Assembly (NCBI RefSeq): GCF_000940845.1
Contig: NZ_CP010341.1
Span: forward strand, 990,001-1,022,000
Origin: Propionibacterium freudenreichii subsp. freudenreichii
Lineage (GTDB): Bacteria > Actinomycetota > Actinomycetes > Propionibacteriales > Propionibacteriaceae
Direction of reading: 5' to 3'
Length of the DNA stretch: 32,000 nucleotides
Under the pieces are notes generated by a model that ran no database searches, was not told the origin of the DNA, and saw only the letters and a list, made by a program, of their open reading frames with translations. How positions within the stretch are numbered: position 1 is the stretch's first letter; every line of letters starts with the position of its first letter. Below are positions 17,423 through 25,067 of the stretch, piece by piece. The translations under genes were made by a program, and so were the position numbers.

Positions 17423-18157
17423 ATGGTGGACCCACCCCGCACCGATGCCTTCCGGCCGGGCCCGAGCGGGCCGATTGAACCCCCGGAGGATCCCCCGGCC
17501 CCCGAGTCGCCGGCCCGACGCCCGGCGCGCGACGCGCTGGGAGAAGCCCTCAAGCAGACCCTGGCAACCACCCCGCTCGACAAGGTGACCGTTGCGGGGC
17601 TCAGCCGCAGTGCGGGCATCACCCGTCAGGCCTTCTACTACCACTTCCTCGATGTGAGTGACCTGGCAGTGTGGGTATTCACCAACGAGGTGGCCAGCCA
17701 CATCATGAAATATCGGTCGCGTGCGGAGTGGGCGGACGGATTCCTCAAGCTGTTGCTCTACATGCAGGAACACCGCGAACAGAGCTATTCAGTGATTCGC
17801 GCCCTCTCGTCGGTTTCCCTCGAGCAGTTCTTCTTCCGGCACCTGCGGAAGATGATGACGGCGATCGTCCACGAGGTGGAGCAAACCCTCCCCTTCCACG
17901 CGGGCCAGCCCCTCGCCCGCCGCGATCGGGACTTCGTGATCGACCACTACACGCTCAGCGTCGTGGGGCACCTGCTGCACTGGCTGGCCACCGACATGCA
18001 ACAACCGCCGGGGGAGTTGGTACGGAACCTGCGCGACATCCTCGACGGCAGCGTTCGCGCCTCACTGGAGCGCTTTGGCCACCACGATGCCGACGGACCC
18101 ACGACCGGTGACCCGGACCGGTGCGTTGAGGGGACGGTCGGCCCCCGGGCAGGCTAG
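17423..18157 (+). CDS. TetR/AcrR-family regulator with a DhaS-like (TetR_C_8-type) C-terminal domain
   Basis: HTH VTVAGLSRSAGITRQAFYYHFLDVSDLAVWVF. ATG 17423 lies 6 nt after GGAGGA. The longer ORF from 17384 would cover the palindrome. Confidence 0.8.
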   Translation: MVDPPRTDAFRPGPSGPIEPPEDPPAPESPARRPARDALGEALKQTLATTPLDKVTVAGLSRSAGITRQAFYYHFLDVSDLAVWVFTNEVASHIMKYRSRAEWADGFLKLLLYMQEHREQSYSVIRALSSVSLEQFFFRHLRKMMTAIVHEVEQTLPFHAGQPLARRDRDFVIDHYTLSVVGHLLHWLATDMQQPPGELVRNLRDILDGSVRASLERFGHHDADGPTTGDPDRCVEGTVGPRAG

Positions 18158-18167
18158 CGTTTAGCCC

Positions 18168-19151
18168 ATGGCGTCCGAGACAACAGGGCAGAACCCGCAG
18201 ACCGCGTCCGAGGTCGGCGAATTCGGGATCATCGCGACGATCATCAAGGGCCTTGGTCGTCCGCCCGCGGTCTCGGTGGGCCCCGGCGATGATGCCGCGG
18301 TGTTCCTGGTGAATGGCTCGGCCGTCACCAGCACGGACATGCTCGTCGAAGGCGTGGAATTTCGTCGTGACTGGTCCAGTGCGGCAGAAGTCGGTCGCAA
18401 GTCGGTGGCGGTGAACGTGGCGGACCTGGAGGCCATGGGTGCCAAGCCGGTGGCCATGGTGATCGGGTTCGGGATCCCCGCGGACCTGCCCGCCGAGTGG
18501 GTTCGTGAATTCGCCAAGGGGGTTCGGGCCGAGGCCGACCTGGCGGGTATCGCCCTGGTCGGTGGCGACATCACCGAGGCTGACAAGGTCACCATCGGGG
18601 TGACGGTGATCGGCGAGACCGCAGGGCTGGACCCGGTGTTGCGCAATGGCGCCGAACCCGGGGAGATCGTGGCGGTGTGTGGCCGACTTGGTTGGGCGGC
18701 TGCCGGACTGGCCGCTCTCGAACGTGGCTTCCGCAGTCCCCGCGCCGCCGTCGACGCCCAGCGTGTCCCGTCAGTGCCCTATGGGGCGGGACGGATGGCG
18801 GCACGGGCGGGCGCAACGGCGATGCTGGACGTCTCCGACGGCCTGTTGGCCGACCTGAACCACATCGCCCAGGCCTCGGGAGTCTGGATCGACCTCGATT
18901 CCGGGGCGTTCGAGATCCCGGAACCCGTTGCGGTGGTTGCCGCAGCGGTGAACAAGGATCCGCTTGACTTCGTGTTGACCGGCGGGGAGGACCATGCCCT
19001 GGCGGCGTGTTTCCCCCCCGGTGAACTACCCGAGGGCTTCACCGCGGTCGGAGTGGTGCATGCGCCCGGGCAGGACGGGCCCGGTGTCACTGTCGACGGT
19101 CGTCCCCATGAGGGCCATGGCGGGTGGGAACACTTCCAGCACGGTCAGTGA
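18168..19151 (+). CDS. thiL: Thiamine-monophosphate kinase
   Basis: GEFGIIATI..., GPGDDAAV, STDMLVEGVEF, VAVNVADLEAMGAKP and GGD motifs of the AIR-synthase-related fold. Confidence 0.9.
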   Translation: MASETTGQNPQTASEVGEFGIIATIIKGLGRPPAVSVGPGDDAAVFLVNGSAVTSTDMLVEGVEFRRDWSSAAEVGRKSVAVNVADLEAMGAKPVAMVIGFGIPADLPAEWVREFAKGVRAEADLAGIALVGGDITEADKVTIGVTVIGETAGLDPVLRNGAEPGEIVAVCGRLGWAAAGLAALERGFRSPRAAVDAQRVPSVPYGAGRMAARAGATAMLDVSDGLLADLNHIAQASGVWIDLDSGAFEIPEPVAVVAAAVNKDPLDFVLTGGEDHALAACFPPGELPEGFTAVGVVHAPGQDGPGVTVDGRPHEGHGGWEHFQHGQ

Positions 19152-19222
19152 CAGGCGGGGGTGTGCCGCCCGGCGGCGTGCCCCAGGGGCGCCGGAGCCG
19201 GCCTCCGAGTAGTCTGCGGAAT

Positions 19223-21706
19223 ATGGCGACCCGCGCGTCTTCCCCGTCGCGGCCTCGCAGCAAGAGCGGCTCGAAGAACTCACGCCGCCCTGCGAGTGCG
19301 CGAAGCGGTGGGAGCAAGAAGAACAATCACAGTCGGGGTTCGGCGTCACGCCGTCCCCGGCCGACCGCGCCACGCCCAAATCCGGTGCTCCGTGCCGTGG
19401 TGTTCGCGTGGCAGGGCATCGCCCATGGACTCGGGGCCGCCGTGCGCCGTATCGGCGGATCGGCCCGTGAGATCGACCCAGCGGTGCGTCGCGATGGCAT
19501 GGGGCTGTTCCTGGTGGCCCTTGCGGTTGTCGTGGCGGCCGAGTTCTGGGTCGGCCTGCCCGGAGTGGTCGGGAAGATCCTGCAGGCGTGCGTCGCGACG
19601 ATCTTCGGTATGGCGAGCTATTTGCTGCCGGTGCTGTTGTTCGTGCTGGCCTGGCGGACCCTGCGCAATCCCGATTCGAACGGCCCCGTCGGGCGCCAGG
19701 CGCTCGGCTGGACCGTGCTGGCATTCGGCCTGCTCGGGCTGATCAATGTCACCGAATGGCCCCTGCCCAGTCCGGCCGATCCGGCGCGCATGCGGGCCAT
19801 GGGCGGGATCATCGGCTACATCTCCAGCTCGATGCTCACCCAGCTGGTGCCGCGCTGGCTCAGCGCCGTGCTGCTGGTCATCGTCGCCGTATTGGGCACC
19901 ATCCTCATCACGGGTCGTCCCGTCCACGAGATGTGGGCCCAGATCCGGCAGCTGGCCAGCGGGGCATCGTCCTGGGCGGCCGACAACCGTGCCAAGAAGG
20001 CCGAACGCAAGCTGAAGTTCGGCGTCGACGAGGCCTACGACACCCCGGTGGAGGACGAGGACCAACATCCCGCATCCACCGAGCCACATGCGGACCCCGT
20101 GGCGCCACGTCCCGACCCGGCGCACCCGGCCGCGGCGGTGGTGGCCCCCGACGACCTGGAGCCCCCCGAGCACCTTCCGGCGACGAGCAGGGTGGAACAA
20201 CTGCAGCTTTCCGGGGACGTGCAGTATTCGTTGCCCGAGCTCAGCCTGCTGAAACCCGGATCGGCTCCCAAGGTGCACACCGATGCGGCCGATCACACCG
20301 TGAACTCCCTGCAGGACGTGTTCACCGAGTTCAACATCGATGCCCAGGTGACCCGCTACACGCGCGGACCCACCGTGACGCAGTACGAGGTGGAACTCGG
20401 TTCCGGCGTCAAGGTCGAAAAGGTCACCGCCCTGCAACGCAACATCGCCTATGCGGTGGCGTCGCCCGATGTGCGCATCCTGTCGCCGATCCCCGGTAAG
20501 TCGGCGATCGGTATCGAGATCCCCAACAAGGAGAAGGAAGTCGTCTCCCTGGGCGATGTCTTGCGCAGCCCGCGGGCGCGCAGCAACACCAAGCCGCTGG
20601 TGGTCGGACTCGGCAAGGACGTCGAAGGTCGGGTGGTGCTTGCCAACATCGCCAAGATGCCGCACCTGTTGGTTGCCGGTGCCACCGGATCGGGCAAGTC
20701 GAGCTTCGTGAATTCGATGATCACCTCGATCATGCTGAGGGCAACTCCCGACGAGGTGCGGATGATCCTGGTGGATCCCAAGCGCGTCGAACTCAACCAG
20801 TATGAGGGCATCCCGCATCTGGTGACGCCCATCATCACGAGCCCGAAGAAGGCGGCCCAGGCGTTGGAATGGGTGGTCCAGGAGATGGACCGCCGCTACG
20901 ACGACCTGGCGGCCTTCGGGTTCCGCCACATTGATGACTTCAACAAGGCGGTGCGGGCCGGCCAGGTGCAACTACCGCCCGGCTCCGAACGTGAGCTGAC
21001 GCCGTATCCGTACCTGGTCGTCGTGGTCGACGAGTTGAGCGATCTCATGATGGTTGCCCCACGCGACGTCGAGGATTCCATCGTGCGCATCACGCAGCTG
21101 GCCCGGGCCGCCGGCATCCACCTTGTGCTGGCAACCCAGCGCCCCTCCGTTGATGTGGTCACCGGACTCATCAAGGCGAACATCCCGTCGCGCCTGGCCT
21201 TTGCCACCAGTTCGGCCACGGACTCCCGGGTGATCCTCGACCAGGCCGGCGCTGAGCGCCTGCTCGGTCAGGGCGATGGGCTGTTCCTGCCCATGGGGGC
21301 GGCCAACCCGAAGCGTGTCCAGGGCAGCTGGGTCACCGAGGCCGAGATCCGCGAGGTCGTCGACCATGTGAAGGAACAGCTCAAGCCCCAGTACCGCGAC
21401 GACGTCACGGCCGTGGCCAGCGCCGAGAAGAAGGTGGCCGAGGACATCGGCGACGATCTCGACCTGGTGCTGGAGGCGGCCACGAATGTGGTCAACCTGC
21501 AGCTGGGTTCCACCTCGATGCTCCAGCGCAAGCTGCGGATCGGCTTTGCGAAGGCGGGCCGCATCATGGACATCCTGGAGACCAGGGGCGTCGTGGGACC
21601 GAGCGAGGGCAGCAAGCCCCGCGACGTCTATGTCAAGCCCGATGACCTCGACACGGTGCTCGCCCAGCTGTCGGGCGAACCACAACCGGAATCGGCCACC
21701 CAGTAG
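19223..21706 (+). CDS. ftsK: DNA translocase FtsK
   Basis: A basic N-terminal tail, 4 TM segments, a Pro-rich linker, a motor domain with Walker A (GATGSGKS) and a C-terminal gamma (winged-helix) domain. ATG 19223 lies 7 nt after TAGTCT. Confidence 0.9.
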   Translation: MATRASSPSRPRSKSGSKNSRRPASARSGGSKKNNHSRGSASRRPRPTAPRPNPVLRAVVFAWQGIAHGLGAAVRRIGGSAREIDPAVRRDGMGLFLVALAVVVAAEFWVGLPGVVGKILQACVATIFGMASYLLPVLLFVLAWRTLRNPDSNGPVGRQALGWTVLAFGLLGLINVTEWPLPSPADPARMRAMGGIIGYISSSMLTQLVPRWLSAVLLVIVAVLGTILITGRPVHEMWAQIRQLASGASSWAADNRAKKAERKLKFGVDEAYDTPVEDEDQHPASTEPHADPVAPRPDPAHPAAAVVAPDDLEPPEHLPATSRVEQLQLSGDVQYSLPELSLLKPGSAPKVHTDAADHTVNSLQDVFTEFNIDAQVTRYTRGPTVTQYEVELGSGVKVEKVTALQRNIAYAVASPDVRILSPIPGKSAIGIEIPNKEKEVVSLGDVLRSPRARSNTKPLVVGLGKDVEGRVVLANIAKMPHLLVAGATGSGKSSFVNSMITSIMLRATPDEVRMILVDPKRVELNQYEGIPHLVTPIITSPKKAAQALEWVVQEMDRRYDDLAAFGFRHIDDFNKAVRAGQVQLPPGSERELTPYPYLVVVVDELSDLMMVAPRDVEDSIVRITQLARAAGIHLVLATQRPSVDVVTGLIKANIPSRLAFATSSATDSRVILDQAGAERLLGQGDGLFLPMGAANPKRVQGSWVTEAEIREVVDHVKEQLKPQYRDDVTAVASAEKKVAEDIGDDLDLVLEAATNVVNLQLGSTSMLQRKLRIGFAKAGRIMDILETRGVVGPSEGSKPRDVYVKPDDLDTVLAQLSGEPQPESATQ

Positions 21707-21785
21707 TCGGCATTGACCCGACCGGCAGGCGCATCTGTGGTGCGGACTGGGGTTGACGCCTTCGGGCGGGGATACTTGAGGCATC

Positions 21786-23219
21786 ATGGCGAATAAGAAG
21801 GTTCATCTCATCAGTCTCGGCTGCGCCCGCAACGACGTGGATTCCGAGGAATTGGCAGGACGGCTGGAAGCCGGGGGCTTCAGCCTGGTGGATGAGCCCG
21901 ACAGTGCTGATGCACTGATCGTCAACACCTGTGGCTTCGTCGAGCAGGCCAAGAAGGATTCCATCGACACGATCCTGGCGGCGGCGGACCTCAAGGACAG
22001 TGGCGGCCCCAGGACCGTGGTGGCGGTCGGTTGCCTGGCCCAGCGCTACGGCGCCGAACTGGCCGATTCCCTGCCGGAGGCCGACGCCGTGCTGGGCTTC
22101 GACGATTACACCGATATCGCCGAGCGGCTGCGCACCGTGATGGCCGGGGGCACGGTGCAACCACCGACCGTCATGGACCGACGCACCCTGTTGCCGATCG
22201 CCCCGATTGAGCGCCACCGGCGCCGGGCGGTGCCCGGACACCAGGGAGAACTGCCCACCGGCATCGCCCCCGCCTCCGGCCCGCGCGTTCCACGCCGCCG
22301 GCTGGACAATGCGCCCTGGGCCCCCCTGAAGATTGCCTCCGGGTGTGACAGGCGCTGTGCCTTTTGCGCCATCCCCAGCTTCCGCGGCGCATATCTGTCG
22401 CGGGACGCGGACGAGATCGTCGAGGAGGCCGGGTGGCTCGTCGGGCAGGGCGTGCGCGAGATCATGCTCGTCTCGGAGAACTCATCGAGCTATGGCAAGG
22501 ACCTGGCCGACCTGCGGGCCCTGGAATCCCTGCTGAAGCGGCTGTCGGCCCTGGACGGGCTCGACTGGATCCGCGTGAGCTACCTGCAACCGGCCGAGCT
22601 GCGTTCGAGCCTGGTGGACGTGATGACCAGCACGCCCAAGGTGCTGCCCTACTTTGACCTGAGCTTCCAGCACGCTTCGGCCCCGCTGCTGCGACGCATG
22701 CGTCGCTTCGGCGATCCGGAATCATTCCTGGGACTCATCGATTCCATCCGCCAACGGGCGCCACAGGCAGGTATCCGCAGCAATGTGATCGTCGGTTTCC
22801 CGGGGGAGACCAGCAACGACGTGGACGTGCTTGCCGATTTCCTTGCGCGTGCCCGCCTCGACGCAGTGGGTGTCTTCAGCTACTCGGACGAGGATGGTAC
22901 GGCTGCTGCCGAGTTGCCGGACCACGTCGCCGCCGAGGAGATCGAGGCCCGCCACGAGCGCATCGCCGACCTGGCGAATGTGTTGTGTGACGAACGGGCG
23001 GCGCAACGCGTCGGGCAGAGGGTGCAGGTGCTCGTGGAGGGGGTCGAGGGATCCCAGGTCACCGGTCGCGCGGCCCACCAGGGACCCGATGTGGACGGCA
23101 CGACCACCGTGCTGGTCGGGCAGGGGCGTCACATGCCGACACCAGGCGATATGGTTTCCGCGTCGGTGATCGACACGGTCGGAGTGGATCTCACTGCCGA
23201 AATCGACGAGGAAGGCTAG
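21786..23219 (+). CDS. rimO: Ribosomal protein S12 methylthiotransferase RimO
   Basis: An UPF0004 N-domain ([19 protein letters not shown]), a radical-SAM [11 protein letters not shown] motif and a TRAM-like C-terminus. Confidence 0.9.
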   Translation: MANKKVHLISLGCARNDVDSEELAGRLEAGGFSLVDEPDSADALIVNTCGFVEQAKKDSIDTILAAADLKDSGGPRTVVAVGCLAQRYGAELADSLPEADAVLGFDDYTDIAERLRTVMAGGTVQPPTVMDRRTLLPIAPIERHRRRAVPGHQGELPTGIAPASGPRVPRRRLDNAPWAPLKIASGCDRRCAFCAIPSFRGAYLSRDADEIVEEAGWLVGQGVREIMLVSENSSSYGKDLADLRALESLLKRLSALDGLDWIRVSYLQPAELRSSLVDVMTSTPKVLPYFDLSFQHASAPLLRRMRRFGDPESFLGLIDSIRQRAPQAGIRSNVIVGFPGETSNDVDVLADFLARARLDAVGVFSYSDEDGTAAAELPDHVAAEEIEARHERIADLANVLCDERAAQRVGQRVQVLVEGVEGSQVTGRAAHQGPDVDGTTTVLVGQGRHMPTPGDMVSASVIDTVGVDLTAEIDEEG

Positions 23220-23223
23220 GCCG

Positions 23224-23877
23224 ATGAGCGCGCCCGCAGGTAGGAAACCGGATGAGGCCACCCTCGCATTCGCCTGGAACCTGCCCAACATCCTCACCAT
23301 CACCCGCATGGTGCTGGTGCCGGTCTTTGCCGTGGTGCTCCTCAGCCATCCCGATCAGGAGGGGTGGCGCATCGGTGCGACGCTCGTCTTCGCCGTGGCA
23401 ATCCTCACCGACTTTGCGGACGGACGCATCGCCCGCAAGTACAACATGGTCACGAATTTCGGCAAGATCTGGGATTCGATCGCCGACAAGGCCCTCACCG
23501 GTATGGCCTTCATCGGCCTGTCAATCATCGGCGAGCTTCCCTGGTGGCTCACCATCATCGTGCTCGTGCGGGAATGGGGCATCACCCTGATGCGCTTCCA
23601 GGTGCTCAAGTACGGAGTGATGGCCGCCAAGCAGGGCGGCAAGCTCAAGACCTTCCTCCAGAGCATCGCCCTGATCCTGTTCCTGCTGTGGCTGCCCGGC
23701 CTGGGGGCCTGGTATGTGGTGATCAGCTGGATCGTCATGGGGGTCGCCTTCCTGCTCACCGTCGTGACGGGTCTCGACTATGTCGTCGATGCCATCAAGC
23801 TGCGCCGCGCATCACTGCAGGTGGGACATCCCGTCGACTACGCCGAGATCCTGCGGGCCCGCAAGGCCCATGAGTGA
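23224..23877 (+). CDS. pgsA: CDP-diacylglycerol--glycerol-3-phosphate 3-phosphatidyltransferase
   Basis: CDP-alcohol phosphatidyltransferase motif DFADGRIARKYNMVTNFGKIWDSIADK in a multi-TM protein. Confidence 0.9.
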   Translation: MSAPAGRKPDEATLAFAWNLPNILTITRMVLVPVFAVVLLSHPDQEGWRIGATLVFAVAILTDFADGRIARKYNMVTNFGKIWDSIADKALTGMAFIGLSIIGELPWWLTIIVLVREWGITLMRFQVLKYGVMAAKQGGKLKTFLQSIALILFLLWLPGLGAWYVVISWIVMGVAFLLTVVTGLDYVVDAIKLRRASLQVGHPVDYAEILRARKAHE

Positions 23878-24373
23878 CTCCACCGCCGCTGACGGGGCTC
23901 GGGGTCTCGCCGAGCAGGTGATCCATCGGTACCGTGACCGCTCGCTGAGCCTGGCGACGTGCGAGTCGATCACCGGCGGCGGCATCGGCTGGACCCTCAC
24001 GATGGTGCCCGGTAGCTCCGAGGTCTTCCGCGGGGGGCTCATCACCTATGCAAGCTCCCTGAAGGCCCAGCTGGCCGGGGTGGATGCTGGTTTCATCGCG
24101 CGCCACGGGGTCATCAACGAGCAGACGGCCCGTCAGATGGCGGCGGGCGCGGCCCGTGCGTGTGCTGCCGATGTGGCCGTGTCGGTGACCGGTACGGCCG
24201 GTCCCACCGGTGAGGACGGGGTTGCTCCCGGGGTCGTGTGGTTGGGCCTGTCATGGCTCGGCACGGTACGAGCCCGACAGCTGCGGCTCGAAGGCGGGCG
24301 CGACGCGATCCGGCAGGCCACCATCGAGGAATCCCTGGGCTATCTGCTCAAGGCATTGACCTGGCCGCAGTGA
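23870..24373 (+). CDS. CinA C-terminal-domain protein / nicotinamide-nucleotide amidohydrolase (PncC-like)
   Basis: LATCESITGGGIG, FRGGLITY and VSVTGTAGP motifs. The ATG overlaps the pgsA stop (ATGAGTGA). Confidence 0.8.
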   Translation: MSDSTAADGARGLAEQVIHRYRDRSLSLATCESITGGGIGWTLTMVPGSSEVFRGGLITYASSLKAQLAGVDAGFIARHGVINEQTARQMAAGAARACAADVAVSVTGTAGPTGEDGVAPGVVWLGLSWLGTVRARQLRLEGGRDAIRQATIEESLGYLLKALTWPQ

Positions 24374-24469
24374 GCCGGGTCATCCCGGTGCGGGACCTGC
24401 CCCGGTAGCAGGTGAATCACGCTCAGCACTGGTTGAAATGTCCACTATGCGAGATGATCGGATCCACCA

Positions 24470-24496
24470 GGGAATTAATCCCATGCGGATCAGGTT
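24470..24496 (+). promoter_or_regulatory. ECF-sigma (SigE/SigH-type) promoter candidate for clgR: GGGAAT-N18-GTT
   Basis: The -35-like GGGAAT is at 24470-24475 and the GGTT at 24493-24496, with the GGAAY-to-GTT spacing expected of actinobacterial SigE/SigH promoters. It lies in an unusually low-GC 167-nt leader, 45 nt upstream of the clgR start. Confidence 0.4.
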
Positions 24497-24540
24497 TGAA
24501 TGGGCAGATACTCCATTGCGGAGCGCGATCGGAGGGCAAC

Positions 24541-24846
24541 GTGAAGCCACCTTTGCTGAGAGTCCTACTAGGTCAAACGCTGCGGGAACAGCGGATTCAT
24601 GACCGCCGCACCCTGCGCGATGTCTCGCTGGCTGCGCGCGTGAGCCTGGGCTACCTCTCGGAGGTTGAACGCGGGCAGAAGGAGGCGTCCAGCGAGCTGC
24701 TGTTCTCCATCTGCCAGGCGCTCAATGTGCCCCTGTCCGAGATCCTGCGTGAGGTGAGCGAGAAGATGCTGGTGGTCGAGGCCGGCCAGCTGCAGGCTTC
24801 GCGCATCGGCCTCGAGGCAGCTGCTCCGTCGGTCATCGCCGCCTGA
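24541..24846 (+). CDS. clgR: XRE-family HTH regulator ClgR
   Basis: LLGQTLREQRIHDRRTLRDVSLAARVSLGYLSEVERGQKEASSELLFSICQALNVPLSEIL matches the ClgR/PopR family. The conserved position after pgsA-cinA supports the call. GTG 24541 lies 4 nt after GGAGGG. Confidence 0.75.
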   Translation: MKPPLLRVLLGQTLREQRIHDRRTLRDVSLAARVSLGYLSEVERGQKEASSELLFSICQALNVPLSEILREVSEKMLVVEAGQLQASRIGLEAAAPSVIAA

Positions 24847-24854
24847 ACCTGTCG

Positions 24855-24882
24855 CCTGCGCTGCCGCAGGTGGCAGCGCAGG
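24855..24882 (+). terminator. Hairpin immediately after the clgR stop
   Basis: An 11-bp stem CCTGCGCTGCC / GGCAGCGCAGG with a 6-nt loop starts 9 nt after the stop codon. Confidence 0.45.
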
Positions 24883-24980
24883 CGCCGGCATCGCGGCGCA
24901 GGACCCACCGCAGAGGTGGGGAACCTGTGACGGCGAGCCGCTGTCCGCCATGGCGTGCGGCGCGTTGTGCGGACGCGCCG

Positions 24981-25019
24981 TTGAAGACCCGGACCACCAG
25001 GCTGGTGGTCCGGGTCTTC
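24981..25019. terminator. Perfect 39-nt palindrome between convergent clgR and lhr (probable bidirectional or lhr terminator)
   Basis: TGAAGACCCGGACCACCAG-G-CTGGTGGTCCGGGTCTTCA has 19-bp arms and lies 49 nt beyond the lhr stop. There is no U-tract. Confidence 0.5.
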
Positions 25020-25067
25020 ACGCTCTGCGGCCGCTGGTTCCCAAGGGTCTGCGGCCGGCTGTCCGGT

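Noticed and set aside
19346-20971. 541-aa ORF antisense to ftsK, plus several 190-300-aa alternative-frame ORFs in 19161-20499
   Set aside because: The translations are Arg/Gly/His/Pro-rich nonsense. The ftsK frame carries the Walker A motif and the full motor domain.
24412-24540. N-terminal extension of ClgR containing CxxC / C..HC (possible zinc-ribbon)
   Set aside because: Third-position GC is only about 57% here, against a much higher level in real genes of this window. A strong GGAGGG Shine-Dalgarno precedes GTG 24541, and the ClgR family is about 100 aa. I treated the region as a non-coding leader.
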